DNA of 64,000 bases, taken from contig CM069134.1 in assembly GCA_035221665.1 (NCBI GenBank), forward strand, positions 69,688,001 through 69,752,000, written 5' to 3'. Made by a program: the position numbers and the translations under genes. The notes under the pieces were generated by a model. That model was given only the letters and a program-made list of their open reading frames with translations, was not told the DNA's origin and did not search any database. Below, one piece after another: positions 25,848 to 38,876 of the stretch. How positions within the stretch are numbered: the stretch's first letter is position 1; each line of letters begins with the position of its first letter. Source of the DNA: Okamejei kenojei. Taxonomy: Eukaryota.

Positions 25848-26574
25848 CCACGCAGTCACACAAAATGCTGGAGTTAAGCAGGATAGGCAGCATCTCCGGT
25901 GAGAGGAATAGGTGACATTTCGGGTTAAACTTGAGACCCTTCTTTAGATGCGATCACAGAAGAATATACAACACCGTACAGGCAGCACTCATGGACAGGA
26001 TTGAACCCAGGGTCTCTGACACAGTAAGGCCGCAACTCTACTGCTGCGCCACCATGCTGCCCCTTGGAAAATGTTCGCAAATGTTTATCAGTCCATAGTA
26101 TTAGGCAACCTGACCAACCTGATATCAATGTCTATGCTTTTTATATCTCAAATATTATTTTAATGATTTTTAAGTTAGTAAACAGCTGGTTCTTAGTTTA
26201 ATAATGCTGGTCTCAAATAAATCCATCTCCGATCAAGTACATCCCGTGGTAGCTGCACAAACCGGTGGTGGAATGAATCAATGGCAATGTGCTGGGCCAG
26301 GCCAACCCCTATTGTGCCACAAGGACACCGGGCCTTAACATGATAAATATTAGAATTTGTATCTCTCCTTGGGCCAAGGTTGGAGTTTCAAGAGACTTGG
26401 AATTGCAAGATGCCGCCGGAACATCTCGACTCTCTGCGTGCTGTTCCAGAATAGGATGTACTGTACTCATGTATGACAGGATAGCATGGAGAGCAAGCAT
26501 TTCACTGTATCTCTGTACATGTGACAATAAAGAAACTAAACTAACAAAACTAAACTAAACAATGGTAAAGTGGG

Positions 26575-26905
26575 AGACACAGTGATAGTGGAGCTGCAGC
26601 ACTCCAACAAATACGGTTCAGTCCTGACCTCAGGTTCTCAATGCATGGAGTCTGCATTTTGTCCCTATAAACAGATGGATTTCCTCCCACATCTCAAAGT
26701 TGTACTCAAAGGTTAATTGGCCACTGTAAATTGCCCCTGGTAGGTGTAGGTGGGTGGCATGAGAAACAGGGAGGGGTTGGTGGGCATGTGAGAGAGAAAA
26801 AGAAACATGGAAATAAGTAGAAAAATGGAACTGAAGGAGTTACTCTGAGCACTGACATGGCCTTGATGGGCCAAATGAACCCCAGTGCCATAAGATTCCC
26901 ATTGT
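26575..26905 (+). mobile_element. tRNA-derived SINE (old, degenerate)
   Basis: Similar to the SINE at 49203 (ggttaattggccactgtaaattgcccct; gggccaaat). Confidence 0.6.
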
Positions 26906-27127
26906 TCCATTAATCTTGGTATTGTAAATGACAAATGTTTTTAGGTTAGAATTTCAGGAGAATTTTGTCAAAAAAATCTTGCCTTGTGCTCCCAATTCTA
27001 ATGCGCGCCAAAGATATGTCAAAACCCACATTTGAACTAAGAGGGGGACTTTCTTGCCTCTCCTTCACAAGAACAATCCAATAACCTGGATGAATAGGAC
27101 AGGACAATATAAAGGAATGCATCATTT

Positions 27128-27290
27128 GAATGCATTCTTGATTAGTACAGGTGACAGAAGGTTACGGGGAGAAGGCAGGAGAATGGGGTTAGGAGGGAGA
27201 GATATATCAGCCATGATTGAATTTCGTGGTAGACTTGATGGGCCGAATGACCTAATTCTACTGTTATTTCTGATGACCTTATGACTTGAC
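27128..27290 (+). mobile_element. CR1 3' end
   Basis: tcagccatgattgaat...gggccgaatgacctaattct 3' UTR. Confidence 0.75.
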
Positions 27291-28069
27291 ATTGAAAAGC
27301 AGAATCCAGAAGATGCAGGAAGTCTGAAATAAATACTGGGGACATTCAGCAACTCAGTCAGGTTTTGGGGAAAGTGATACCAAATTAATATTTCAAATCA
27401 AAGACAATTCAGTAGGATTTAACCAGGACAAGAGCAGTGGGGTTAATGTTGTGTTTCCTTCTCTGTTTTCTGGACCAGTGGCCTCCTTCTGTGAAGCACA
27501 TCCACACCGCAGTAATTCCTCGGGAGTACATTCAGTCTATAAATATGAGCTTACATTCCAGTGGTTGGGCTTCACACCTGTTCTCTGAAGCAAAATCATT
27601 TGGTAGATACTACCACAGGAGCAAACTGATGTTAAAATTGAATGAGTGGATACATTTGGAGACTGTCTTTCTAGACCATACAGAATTTTGCTCAGATGTG
27701 GCATATATCCAGTTTAGTTACCAGGATGCAATGAATTCCTTCTAGTTTTATGAGCTGTTCATAAGAAGAGCCATGTATACGATAATTGGCACCGGAAGGC
27801 TGGATATGATGAAAGCAATTCAGCTTCTTCAGCCAATAAACCATAGAGTTAATTATGATAGAATAGATAAAGCTGGGCCCTAAGAAAACAGGAATATGAG
27901 AAGGCCATGATTTCCTTCCGGCCTATTCTGTCATTTAGCTAGATTGTAACTGATCAATATTTCAGCATCATTTAACTATCTTTGATCAGACATTAAAACT
28001 GCAGTTCTTATTATGAACATTGAGGGTAAAACATTTGAAGCACCCTGAATCCATGAAAGATCCTATATA

Positions 28070-28700
28070 GAGACACAAAGAACAGATGCTGGTTTTACAG
28101 GAATAAAAACACAAAGAGCTTGAGTAACTCAGTGGGGAAGGCAGAATCACCAAAGGACTTGGGTAGGCGATGTTTCTGGTTCATAAGATCATAAGTGATA
28201 GTAGAATTAGGCCATTCGGCCCATCAAGTCTACTCCGCCATTCAATCATGGCTGATCTATATCTCCCTCCTAACCCCATTTTCCTGCCTTCTCCTCATAA
28301 ACCCGAACACCTGTACTAATCAAGAATCTATCTATCTCTGCCTTAAAAATATCCCATTAAATGACTTGGCCTCCACAGCCTTCCGTGGCAAAGAATTCCA
28401 CAGATTCACCACCCTCTGACTAAATACATTTCTCCTCATCTCCTTCTTAAATGAACGTCCTAAAAGAGGGGTTAGGACCCTTCTTCTAACTGATTGTGGA
28501 AAGGGGAAAGAAAACTGGAAAAGAGGTGGAGGCAGGACAAAACCAGCAAGCGATAAGTGGTTACAGATGAGGGGGCTTTGAATGTCAAATTTGTGGACAA
28601 ATAGCTGGAGATGACAAGGAGACCAAAGTGTGTAATTTAAGGAGAGAAGAGGAGTGAAATGTGAAGCCAGAGGGAAGGATACAGGTGGAAGTGATAGAGA
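28070..28700 (-). mobile_element. Penelope terminal fragment interrupted by a CR1 3' end (28183-28470, minus)
   Basis: gagtaactcag..gcagaatc and ggacccttctt flank a CR1 tail. Confidence 0.65.
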
Positions 28701-29267
28701 CTTCTTATTGCTAGAAGAGCACGGACTCCATTAGCTTAGTCCATCACTGATGAAAAGATTAGGATCTATGACTGCGCGTGGTGCTCTAAGTGACATTGAT
28801 AACATTTTGAATAGCTCTATTGATGTTATACACCAGGTTAAAGCATTCAAGTTCTTCACAACTACTTACATCTGCTGACTGCAGATCCATACTTATTTCA
28901 TGCAAAGGTCAGTGTTCTTTTGAGGATATGCCACTCATCAGGAAATATAGAGATGATGCAACAGTGCAGCTCAGTAATAGGATCAAGGATGCCTTCATGT
29001 GTTACAATCAGTGTAGGTGGATGTATAAAACTGATTGCTATGTGCGATCTGGCTGTCCTGCCAATTATCGTTGGCATAGATTGAAGTATGGAGAGGGTCA
29101 CTTCTTTTGCAGTGGGGCAAATATTTTTGTAAGCTCATTATGAAAAGTGTCTGATCACCAGGGAATCTAATAAATGCCTGCCGTGTCTGCTTAGCTGTGA
29201 GATAAAGATGTTAACATTAAACAAGCATATTCTTGTCGTGACTTTCAAGTTTTAACTTCCTTTTAAT

Positions 29268-29540
29268 GCCCATTCAACCATTTAAACTCCCCTTCCCATT
29301 TCCATTCTGACCTTTCTGTCATGAGCTTCCTCCATTGTCATAGTGAGGCCACATGCAAACCTGAGCAACAGCAGCTCATGTTCTGCTTGGGTAGCCTACA
29401 CCCTAACAGTATGAATGTTGAATTCTCCAACATTAGGTAACTAACCTACAGATAAACCTTCCTTTCTCACCACTTTTCTCCCCCCTCGCCCCCTATACTG
29501 TGTTGCACCTGAACTCATACCCATTTCATCCCTTCCCTTC
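29268..29540 (+). mobile_element. Penelope GIY-YIG C-terminal fragment
   Basis: Reads SPSH.HSDLSV..LHCHSEAT.K.EQ.LMFCLGSLHP..MNVEFSN. Confidence 0.75.
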
Positions 29541-29544
29541 GACC

Positions 29545-29830
29545 TATATTCCCATCAATCTCTGCCTTAAAAATGCCCAATATCTTGGGCTCAGCAGCTG
29601 TCTGGGGCAAATAATTTAACAGACTCACCACCACCAGGCTAAAGAAATTCCATCTCATCTCCACTCGTTTTATTCTGAGGCTGTGCCCTCTGGTCTTAGA
29701 CTCTCCCATTACTGGAAACATCCTTTCAAGGTCCACTCCACGTAGAACTTTCATTATCTGGTGGGTTTCAATGACATCCCTCCTCATCCTTCTAAACTCC
29801 AGTGAGTACAGGCCCATAGTCTTCAATTTT
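29545..29830 (-). mobile_element. CR1 3' fragment
   Basis: GLYSLEFRRMR.D.IET; TRGHSLRIK. Confidence 0.8.
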
Positions 29831-30094
29831 GCATGCAAAATGCCACCAGAATGATGTATAGAGTAAACTGCTACTAATGCTGAGGTTTGTAATCAATGAT
29901 GCTCAGTGTTTCTGGGCTCTGCTACTGTATTCAAAGACTGGATTGGTGGGATGAATCACAGAAATTGAGGGTCACCTTTATCTTCTTAAATCCATTCTTC
30001 AAATCAACTCTTGCTAAAATTCCACAGAGGCTGGGAATCCAGGGAACATGACATTCACCGTGAAGAAATTTATCTCAAGATTCTTTTCACAAAC

Positions 30095-30402
30095 TTAGTT
30101 TGGAGATACAACGTGGAAACAGGCTCATCGCTCATGGGGACAAGCTGACCACCAATTACAAGTTCACACAGGTTCTATGTTATCCCAATTTCTCATCCAC
30201 TCCCTGCACAAAAGGGGCAATTTTTCAGAGGTAATTTAACCTACAAACCCGCACATCTTTAGGATATAGGAGAAAACGGAGCAGCTGGAGGAAATCCATG
30301 CAATCACAGGGAGAAAGTATAAATTCCACACTCAACAGCAGCTGAGATCAGGATTGAACCTGGATCTCTGGAGCTGTGAGGCAGCAGCTGTGCCAACTGT
30401 CC
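30095..30402 (-). mobile_element. tRNA-derived SINE
   Basis: Reverse of the SINE consensus (ggttcaatcctga B box). Confidence 0.7.
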
Positions 30403-30544
30403 ACTGGACATATTTTAATCAATACTCTAATATTCACATATATTCTGAAATATATGATGCATATTCTAATTCTAATATTGAATTTCCCTCGGTTTCTACT
30501 TCTGCATGGTCAGGATATTTATTAGGGAAGTTGGGACATTATGT

Positions 30545-31440
30545 TACAGTTGTACAAGGCCACATTTGGAGTATTGTGTTCAGTTTTGGTCACCCTGCTA
30601 TAGGAAGGATGTTGTTAAGCTGCAAAATGTGCAGAGAATGTTTACAAGTATATTCCCAAGGCATGAGGCCCTGAGCTATAAGGAGAGCTTGGCAGTCTAG
30701 GACTTTATTTTAGTTTTTTTTTTGTTTACAGTGTACAGTGTGGAAACAGGCCCTTTGGCCCACCTAGTCCACACCAACCAGCGATTCTCGCACACTAACA
30801 CTATCCTACACATGCTAGGGACAATTTACATTTATAGCAAGTCAATTAATCTACAAACCTGTACATCTTTGGAGTGTGGGAGGAATCCGAAGACCTTGGA
30901 AAAAACTCATGCGGTCACGGGGAGAATGTACAAAATCTGTACAGACAGCACTCATCGTCGGGATCAAACCCGGGTCTCTGGCACTAGAGGCTGTAAGGCA
31001 ACAACCGTACCACTGTGCCACCATGCCGCCCACTTGGTGTATTCCTTAGAGTGCAGAAGGTTAAGGGATGATCTTACAGAGGTGTATAAGATCATGAGGG
31101 AAATAGATAGGGTAAATGAACAGAGTCTTTAACCCAGAGTAGGGGAAACAAGATTTTGGGGAATTATTTAATAAGCATCTGAGGAGGAAACTCTTGACAT
31201 GGAAAAAAATAAAAAGGAGAGCGCTGGCTATATGGATTGACCTGCCAGACCTACTAGATAAGGCAGGTACTATTACAACATTTAAAAGACATTTAGAAGG
31301 TACATGAATAGGAAAAGTTTAAAGGGATGTGGACAAACGCGGGCAGGTGGGACTAGTGTAAATGGAGCTTTCGTGATCGGCATGGCAAGTTCGGCCAAAG
31401 GGGATACTTCCATGCTGTATGACTCGATGACTCTATGCAC
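30545..31440 (+). mobile_element. CR1 3' fragment with nested SINE (30706-31030, minus)
   Basis: RPHLEYCVQFWSP before the SINE and YSLECRRLRDDLTEVYKIM after it. Confidence 0.85.
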
Positions 31441-31498
31441 TTGACCAGACATTGCATTTATAATTATGCTCCTGCAGCTTACCCCATTAGTCTAGTTC

Positions 31499-32224
31499 AG
31501 TAAAAGACAGAGTCAAACACTGGATCAATTATTCTTTATTCTTCCGAAACACAAACAAACATCCTATATGATACGTAAACAACCGTCGATCTGATCCTTT
31601 TCTCTAATCGTCCAAGCCCTTCAGCCTCATGCGAGCAGACACCTCCAAACAGTCACACAGTCCCAAGTGCACCTCCAGAAGATTGACTCTGATCCATGTG
31701 GGGTTCACTCTTTTATAGGGCCTCAGACCTGTGGCGTGAAACTATATTGGCGGGCAGCCCCTACAAGCCAATCACAAATGTCGATCATATTATACAGTTC
31801 CCTAACCAAATCACAAAGTACCCCATTACATTGTTTCCACAGAAGCTTCTAGATGGAAGACAGTTAACCAAAATAAGAAACATTTCCCTCAGGTTGTAGA
31901 AACAATTTGAACAAGGCTTCACACTTTAACCAATCATCAGATAACAGCACAAACACTCTGCAACATAATTAACAACACACCCTCCTGTCTTGCCAATCCT
32001 AATCATGCATTTGCTGACCTGCTCAGCTCTTCTGCATAATCCACATACATATTAACAAAAGGAAGGATATCTGGACCTCACCTTATCCTCAACTTCCTTA
32101 TAGGGTCCAGACTCCTTGGAGCCATGACTCACAGCTTACAACATTCACAGAAAGAGGCCAAGCAGGCCTTGCAAATACAAAGATCCTCCATTTTGTTACA
32201 TATTTTATTTAGGCAATATTAACA
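31499..32224 (-). repeat. ERV 3' LTR
   Basis: Begins TGTTAA after the PPT; CCAAT (~31748), TATAAAA (~31714) and AATAAA (~31540) occur in order on the minus strand. The distal end is approximate. Confidence 0.8.
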
Positions 32225-34236
32225 TTCCTCCATTTTATCATTTATGATAACCCGTGTAATTAATGATAGCCAAAACACAACAATGACTACACTACTAAAA
32301 CAGATATTCAAACAAGATGCTGATGTATTTTCCAAGAATTTCACCAAGCTTCCCGAGTTTGCGTGGGCGTAGCTTAATGATTTCCGTCTGAGGAGTCTTC
32401 ACCTCCTGAGTTTTCATGGGCGTAAATGCCCTCCATCCATCCTGATAAGTTCATCTGTTGTTGACTCATTGCAGAGTATGAAGTTTCTAAGAGAATCTGG
32501 AATAAAGCAAGTTCGCAGCCTACACTCCCATTGATACTCTTGCAGCGGTGGACATGCACCCATGCATTTCTACCTTCTATTTTCACTGCTGTTGGGGTCG
32601 TTAGGAGAACCTGGTAAGGTCCTTCCCAGTGAACCTCCAACCCTTTCCTAACCCAGTTCTTTACATTGTCTCCAGGCCACTTTAGCTGAAGCTGTCAACA
32701 AAGGCAACTCATTATATGCTGTTCTTACTTTACAGTGTGATACTCTCAACACTCGAGTCAAAGCCAGAATGCTGTCAGTCATCTCCGCAGTCATATGATG
32801 GAAATTTATAACTTTCATTGCATTCTGGTTCCAAGGTGTTCTTAGGGGTCTACCATAAATAATTTCAGCTGGTCTCAGTCTAGATTTCCCTGCAGGCGTG
32901 ACTCGCATCTGAAATAAAGCTATGGGAAGTAAATTAATCCAACCAATTCCAGTCTCCGCTTTCAATTTAGGTAATTTAGTTTTAAGAGTCTGATTTGCCC
33001 TTTCTACAAGTCCAGAAGCCTGCGGTCGATAAACACACTGTAATTGTGCTGGATCCCCAGCTGTTCACAAAATTCTTTATTAATTTGCCCAATAAAATGT
33101 GGAGCATTATCAGAACTAAGTCGAATAGGGGTCCCTAAGTCAAATAGGGATGAAAAAAACCTAGGGACAATTTATTTCATTAACACCTTGACAACAGTAG
33201 CTGTTTTATTATCAAGGGTTGGATATGCTTCAATCCACCAGCTGAATACATCGACTATGACAAGTACATATCTATAACCTTGGCACCGTTCCAATTCGAT
33301 GTAATCCATCTGTAATATCTCAAAAGGACCCTTGGGCAATGGTGTCTTCCCATCTCCACATCCCACCCTTTACCTGGAATGTATTTCTGGCAAATCAGGC
33401 AACTGCTATTTACTTTTTGAGCTAATGTTTGTAACCTTGGATGCCATCAAGTAGCCAAAAGAGTGTCTCTTAGTGCTCTTGCACCACAATGAGTTGCATA
33501 GAGCATGCATTCTATAACGCATTCTGCTAGTGAATCAGTCATACAAGTTTGCCCTGCTGGTGTAGTCCACAATCCTGTTATACAATCCAGTGTACACCCA
33601 AGTAGCTTCCATCATTCTTTATCCCTTTCAGTTGCCTCCTCGTGCAACTGAACAATCTCTTGGATGGTTGGCATCAGCTTTGCTAAGGGGGACTTGTTAT
33701 TTAAACATTTGGTCTGCCTCATCATCTTTGGCACCATCATCTTACGTTCCCGGGATATTTATTTTGCTGCCAGATCAGCATTATGATTTCCAATATCAAT
33801 TAGGGTCTGTCCTCTTGTGCGTGCACTACATTTTATAACAGAACTTTGTCTGAGTTACATCAGGGCCTTTAAAAAATCTGTCACTAATTATTTATTTGAA
33901 ATTTGAGTCCCTGCTGAAGTTAGAAATTCTCTATTTCGCCACAATTGTCCGAAATCATGCACTACTCCAAATGCGTACCTGAAATCTGTATATATGTTAA
34001 CCTTTAATTCCCCCCCCCCCCATAATACAAGCCCTAATTAAGGCAAATAATTCAGCCTGTGGTGCTGAATAAGGTGACTCAAAGGCAGTTGTTTCTACAT
34101 TTTCCCCATTCCGATTAACAATTGCATACCCAGCCAATTTCTCACCCCACTGTCCATAGATACACACCCATCTATATACAATGTTATGTCAGGGTCCTCT
34201 ATGGGTGCATCGTTCAAGTCCTCCTCATCGATGATA

Positions 34237-37200
34237 AATAGAAAGATTAAACAAGAACTTACCGTTTGAAGTTTGATCTTCATTTTATGAGAAGATGAAG
34301 ATAGGGAATACATGAAAAGCCCGCCAGTCCGCATGCATGTCAATCTTTAGAGCAGCTGTATGAAACCACAGAATAGTTGCCGAACGTAAGCTATAGAAAG
34401 ATTAACGACCTTAGAACTACCAAATGATCTTTATGAGAAGCAGGGTTGGGAGTGGAAGGCACGTATTCCCTCACTTCAACTTCTCATAAAATAAAGATCA
34501 AACTTCAAATGGTAAGCTCTCATTTAATCTTTCTATTCTATTTTGAAGTCACATGAGTGACATTATGAAGTTTTCAAAGCTCTGTGGTTTCATGCAGTGA
34601 ACCAGTCTCCATGCAGACAACTGCTCCAGTTGACCAACATGGCTAAGGAAACATACTTCATTGAAACATAATGTTAATTTTCAAACATGTCCATGCTTTA
34701 ATGGAAAAAATAGTCCCTTCACATCAGGGATAAACAGTTGATTTAATTAACAGAACTTAAAATGTTGTTAGCAAATAAACCAGGCTTGGTAATTATTATA
34801 AAATGTAAGAACAGTTCGCTCATCCACCCATCCTGCTGTCACAAGGATGTGATCCAGCGGAACTTCCATATTTCTTGCTGCCGACGTGGCTGCAGCCCTG
34901 GTGGAGTGAGATTTAAATACATCAGTATCCACTCCTGCTAATGCTGATACGTATCTTAACCACCTAGAAATGGTCTGCACCATTACCCTTTTATGTGTTT
35001 TTTTATGACTGATGAAGACAGCCGATTTGCTGCCTCGGAGGTTTTTTGTAACCTTTATGTATTCTTTAATATATGTAACCACACATAATCTGCGATCTGG
35101 TGGATATGCCAAGAGCTCCAACCTAAATCCTAGCGCACCTGATCTACTTTGCTTAATTAGCTCATCTATATAAAAGGTGTCCAGAGCCCAGCACCAAATA
35201 TGATGGTAAAGCACTACGAGCAGTGTTAATAGCGCTATAACTCAATTTTTTCTCAAAATAAGATTGAAAGAAATTCTAACACATCAGCTATATCTGCCAT
35301 AAAGTAACATATGCGTATCGACACAAAAGTCTTCCCATTGTTTAATATATGAGACGGACTGCTTCTTAGTGCCTTCACGCCAAGCTGCAGTGATTATATC
35401 CACCGTCCGGTCAGATAATCCGAGCCCCACGAGAGGTCTTTTCAGATTCTGCAAATTATCAGGTCGATTCTGTCATGAAGAGGATGAGGTTCCCGAGAAA
35501 CGGGCTGAAAAAGCAAATGTTCATGTTTATGAACAAGCATGGGCGGTTCCTTTAATACTCCTTTTAGTAAAGGGAACCATGATTGTGTAGGCTAGTTAGG
35601 CACTTCTAAAATACCCGATGTGAAATTTTGTATTATTTTTTGCAGACATCGTCCAATGAGGCAGAATGGAGGGAAAGCATAGAAGAACATTCCCCTCCAG
35701 TCTATAGAGAATGCATCTATTGCCTCCGCCCCTCGGTCTGGCTGCCATGCTACATATGTTGGTAAATGGTGATTAAGCCTGGAGGCAAACAAATCAATAT
35801 CAGGTGTCCCATAACAAGCTATAATGTCATTAAATACTTTATGATTCAACATCCATTAAGTGTGATCATTGAATTTAGGAGATCTAGCATCTGCCACCTT
35901 ATTAAATCTACCCGGCAAGTAAGCAGCTGAGATCCAAATTTTCTTGTCTATACACCAATTCCAAATGAGATTAGCTAAAGTATCACAGGATACTGATTTG
36001 TTTCCACCCATGTGATTAATATATGCCACTGCCGTAGTGTTGTCCATTTGAAATCTAACATGCACATCATGTAGCTTTCCACAGTAAGCCTTCAAGGCAT
36101 AAAATGCTCCCAGCATTTCCAGGTCATTGATACCATATTTACGACTAAATCGTGACTCGTCCATGTTCCATCTGCCACCGCAACTAGAGATGGTGTTAGT
36201 AGCTCCCCATCCCAGTGCACTTGCATCACTTTGCAGTGTTGTTGAAGGTTTGCTAGACAAAAACCCGCAGGAGTAATGTTGCATATTGGCAATCAACCAT
36301 TGTAACTCCGCTTTAGATTTGGACAATAACTGCATATGTCTGTCAAAATGACCTTTGTGGAATCTAAGTGCCTGATCCTTTGCACGCTCCAGATTCTGAT
36401 AATTCAAAGGCCCAAACCGTGCGGCTGGAAAGGCAGTCACTATTTTGCCAATTACTCTAGCCTTCTGGCGAATAGATGGTTTATCGGTAATCAAAAGATA
36501 AGAACAAGCTTCCATTAAATCTCATTTTTTCCTCATGGGCAGGGTCACGGACATTTCCACTGAATTGATAGTAAACCCTAAATAGTCAATAGACCTCGTT
36601 GGTATCAATCATGATTTGGCTCGATGGATGATAATCCACAATTTCTCAAAAATGAGCTTGGCAGCTGAAACAGCTAGTTTTGCCAGATGCAGTGTTCTCC
36701 AGATGATCAGAGTATCATCTATATAGCCCATAATAATATGCCCTTTGGCTCTAAGCAGGCCGAGCACTGGTCTAAGTAGTTTGGTAAACAACTGAGGAGC
36801 TGTGCTTAGACCATTCGGTAATACTTTAAACTGCCACAGCTGCCCCATCCAGCTAAACTTCAGATATCTCCGGTTGTCCTTGTGAATCAGAATTGAGTAA
36901 TATGCATCCTTGAGATCGATGCATGCCAGAAAGCAGCCCTCGGAAATTAGCTGCTTAGCAGTAAAGAAATTCTCCATTTTAAAATATCTATACTGCACAT
37001 GCAAATTGAAATTTGCCAATTCAAGGATGATACGACGTCCACCATCTTTCTTCATCCTAGAGATGTATTGTTCCTTTTCATGAATTGATCTCTCAATTAC
37101 TCCTTTTTTGTGCAATGCGTGTATTTCCGCTTGCATATCCAAAGTCTCTTGTTTGGAGCAAGTTTACATCCTACTCGGCTTATCTTGTGTAGGTGGGGAT

Positions 37201-38876
37201 GAGTTAGGCAAAAAAATCAATTTTGAAACCTTTTATACTGTGCAATATAAACGGGTCTGATGTTATCTGATGCCATTCGTGCAAGACCAAACTTAACCTT
37301 CCACCGACTTGAAATTCCTCCGCACACCCCGTGTGAGTGATGGAAACAGACCCACCTACCTCAAAGGTTACAGGTGGTTTACACCAGGGCCAGCGGATCT
37401 TAATTTTGGTTCTGTCTTTTCCCCCCGCTCTGGAAAGTTGAGCTGTTGGGACGTGAGGCTGCCGCATCTTCCAGGATGGGCGAGATGGGCCTTGGCCTAA
37501 AAAAGACCTGTGACCGGGTTGGAACTGGGCAAATTTGGAATTCCCACCAGCTCTAGAGAACCGCTTCTTGCTGGTAGAGGCGAAGGGGTGATGATGCCGG
37601 AAGAGGAGAGTCTTGCCCACAGAGGATGCCTTGATCATGCCAGCTGCTTTTGACTCCTCATACAAGTCCTTGAACTGCTTGCTCAAGTCTTCTCTGAAGA
37701 GGAATAGGAAGCTGAATATTGCTGGCCCTGCATAAATGTGCAAACTTTGGATTCAATTTTGGCCTGATGCCGTCTTTTCGGAAGCAGTTGATCTCAAAAT
37801 GGGCGTTGCACAGTGGTGCCATAGCATCCTGCTGAACGTCCGACAACTGAATCTCATCTACTGACCTAGCAAAGGCTGTGATACCTGCCGACAATAGCCT
37901 CACGTTCCGTTGTAGCTTCAGTTCTCTGGATCTCGTACTGGACCCAATACTTTCCCAAATAGTGGTGTTAACTATGGGCACATTTTAGGTTGAGCAGTTC
38001 TCCGGATATTTCACAGCCGTTTCCACCATAGTCATCTCCTTCAGCTGGTGGGAAGTGTGGTAGCTGATGCTGTTGGCCAACTCCCCTCGAAGTGGCTTGC
38101 CCGTCCCCGAAGGGACAGCAAATCTGGAGGCAAGAGCGGGCAGCTCTACTTTATGCGATTCATGCATACCATGCATTCCAGCATGGGCCTCCGGCACACA
38201 TTCATATTCAAAGTCAGCTGCATACTGATCTCCGCCACTCCCCTCATTCGAGAGGGAGGAATATAGCAGTCCTGAACCAGGAGATGCAGCAGGCATTTGA
38301 ATTGAACTGCCTGAGTATGCCTCTGTAGCATGGAGCATATTGTGTGCCAGCATCTTCTCCATAAGATGCTCCATCTAAGACAAACAGCCTAATACATCAG
38401 CCATGAGGGAACGGTATCTTCCTGGCCAGAATCGTCCGACAGGACTTGTCTCCTTGTTTTAGCTTTGGCATTTCCCCCCTGCGGGGCTGCCAAGCTTCTC
38501 TCTTGAGGAGCCAATTCAGAGGTAGCTGAGCAGACCAGAGCTGCCAGCAATTCTGATGTAGAAATGGACGGCTGCGGGCTTCCCGCAGTGCTGCGGTCTT
38601 CCCGCAGTGCTGCGGTCTTCTGTTGCTGGTTTTACAGTGGCCCGTCTAGGTTTAGTCCTAGGCTTTTCCATCGTAACAACCTAGAGACTTGTTGAAATTA
38701 AAGTACACCAAACACACTCAGTGCAGGTTTACACTTACCTGAGATGTTTTTAAACTTACCGCTGGGGAACCCGACGTTCCCCCCCATCCCCCAGCCAGTC
38801 CGTGCGCCATGCGTTTGACGCGCATGCGGACTGGCGGGCTCTTCACGTAATCACTCATGTGACTTCAAAATAAAAT
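34237..38876 (-). mobile_element. DIRS1-like retrotransposon (copy 2) inserted in ERV pol
   Basis: Termini and ICR resemble copy 1. RT YIDD; RH DASALGWGA; MT DIDLFAS..YAFPPF; YR FKSHSTRAAATS..AGW. Removing it restores the ERV frame HYCLFIIDEEDL. Confidence 0.95.
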
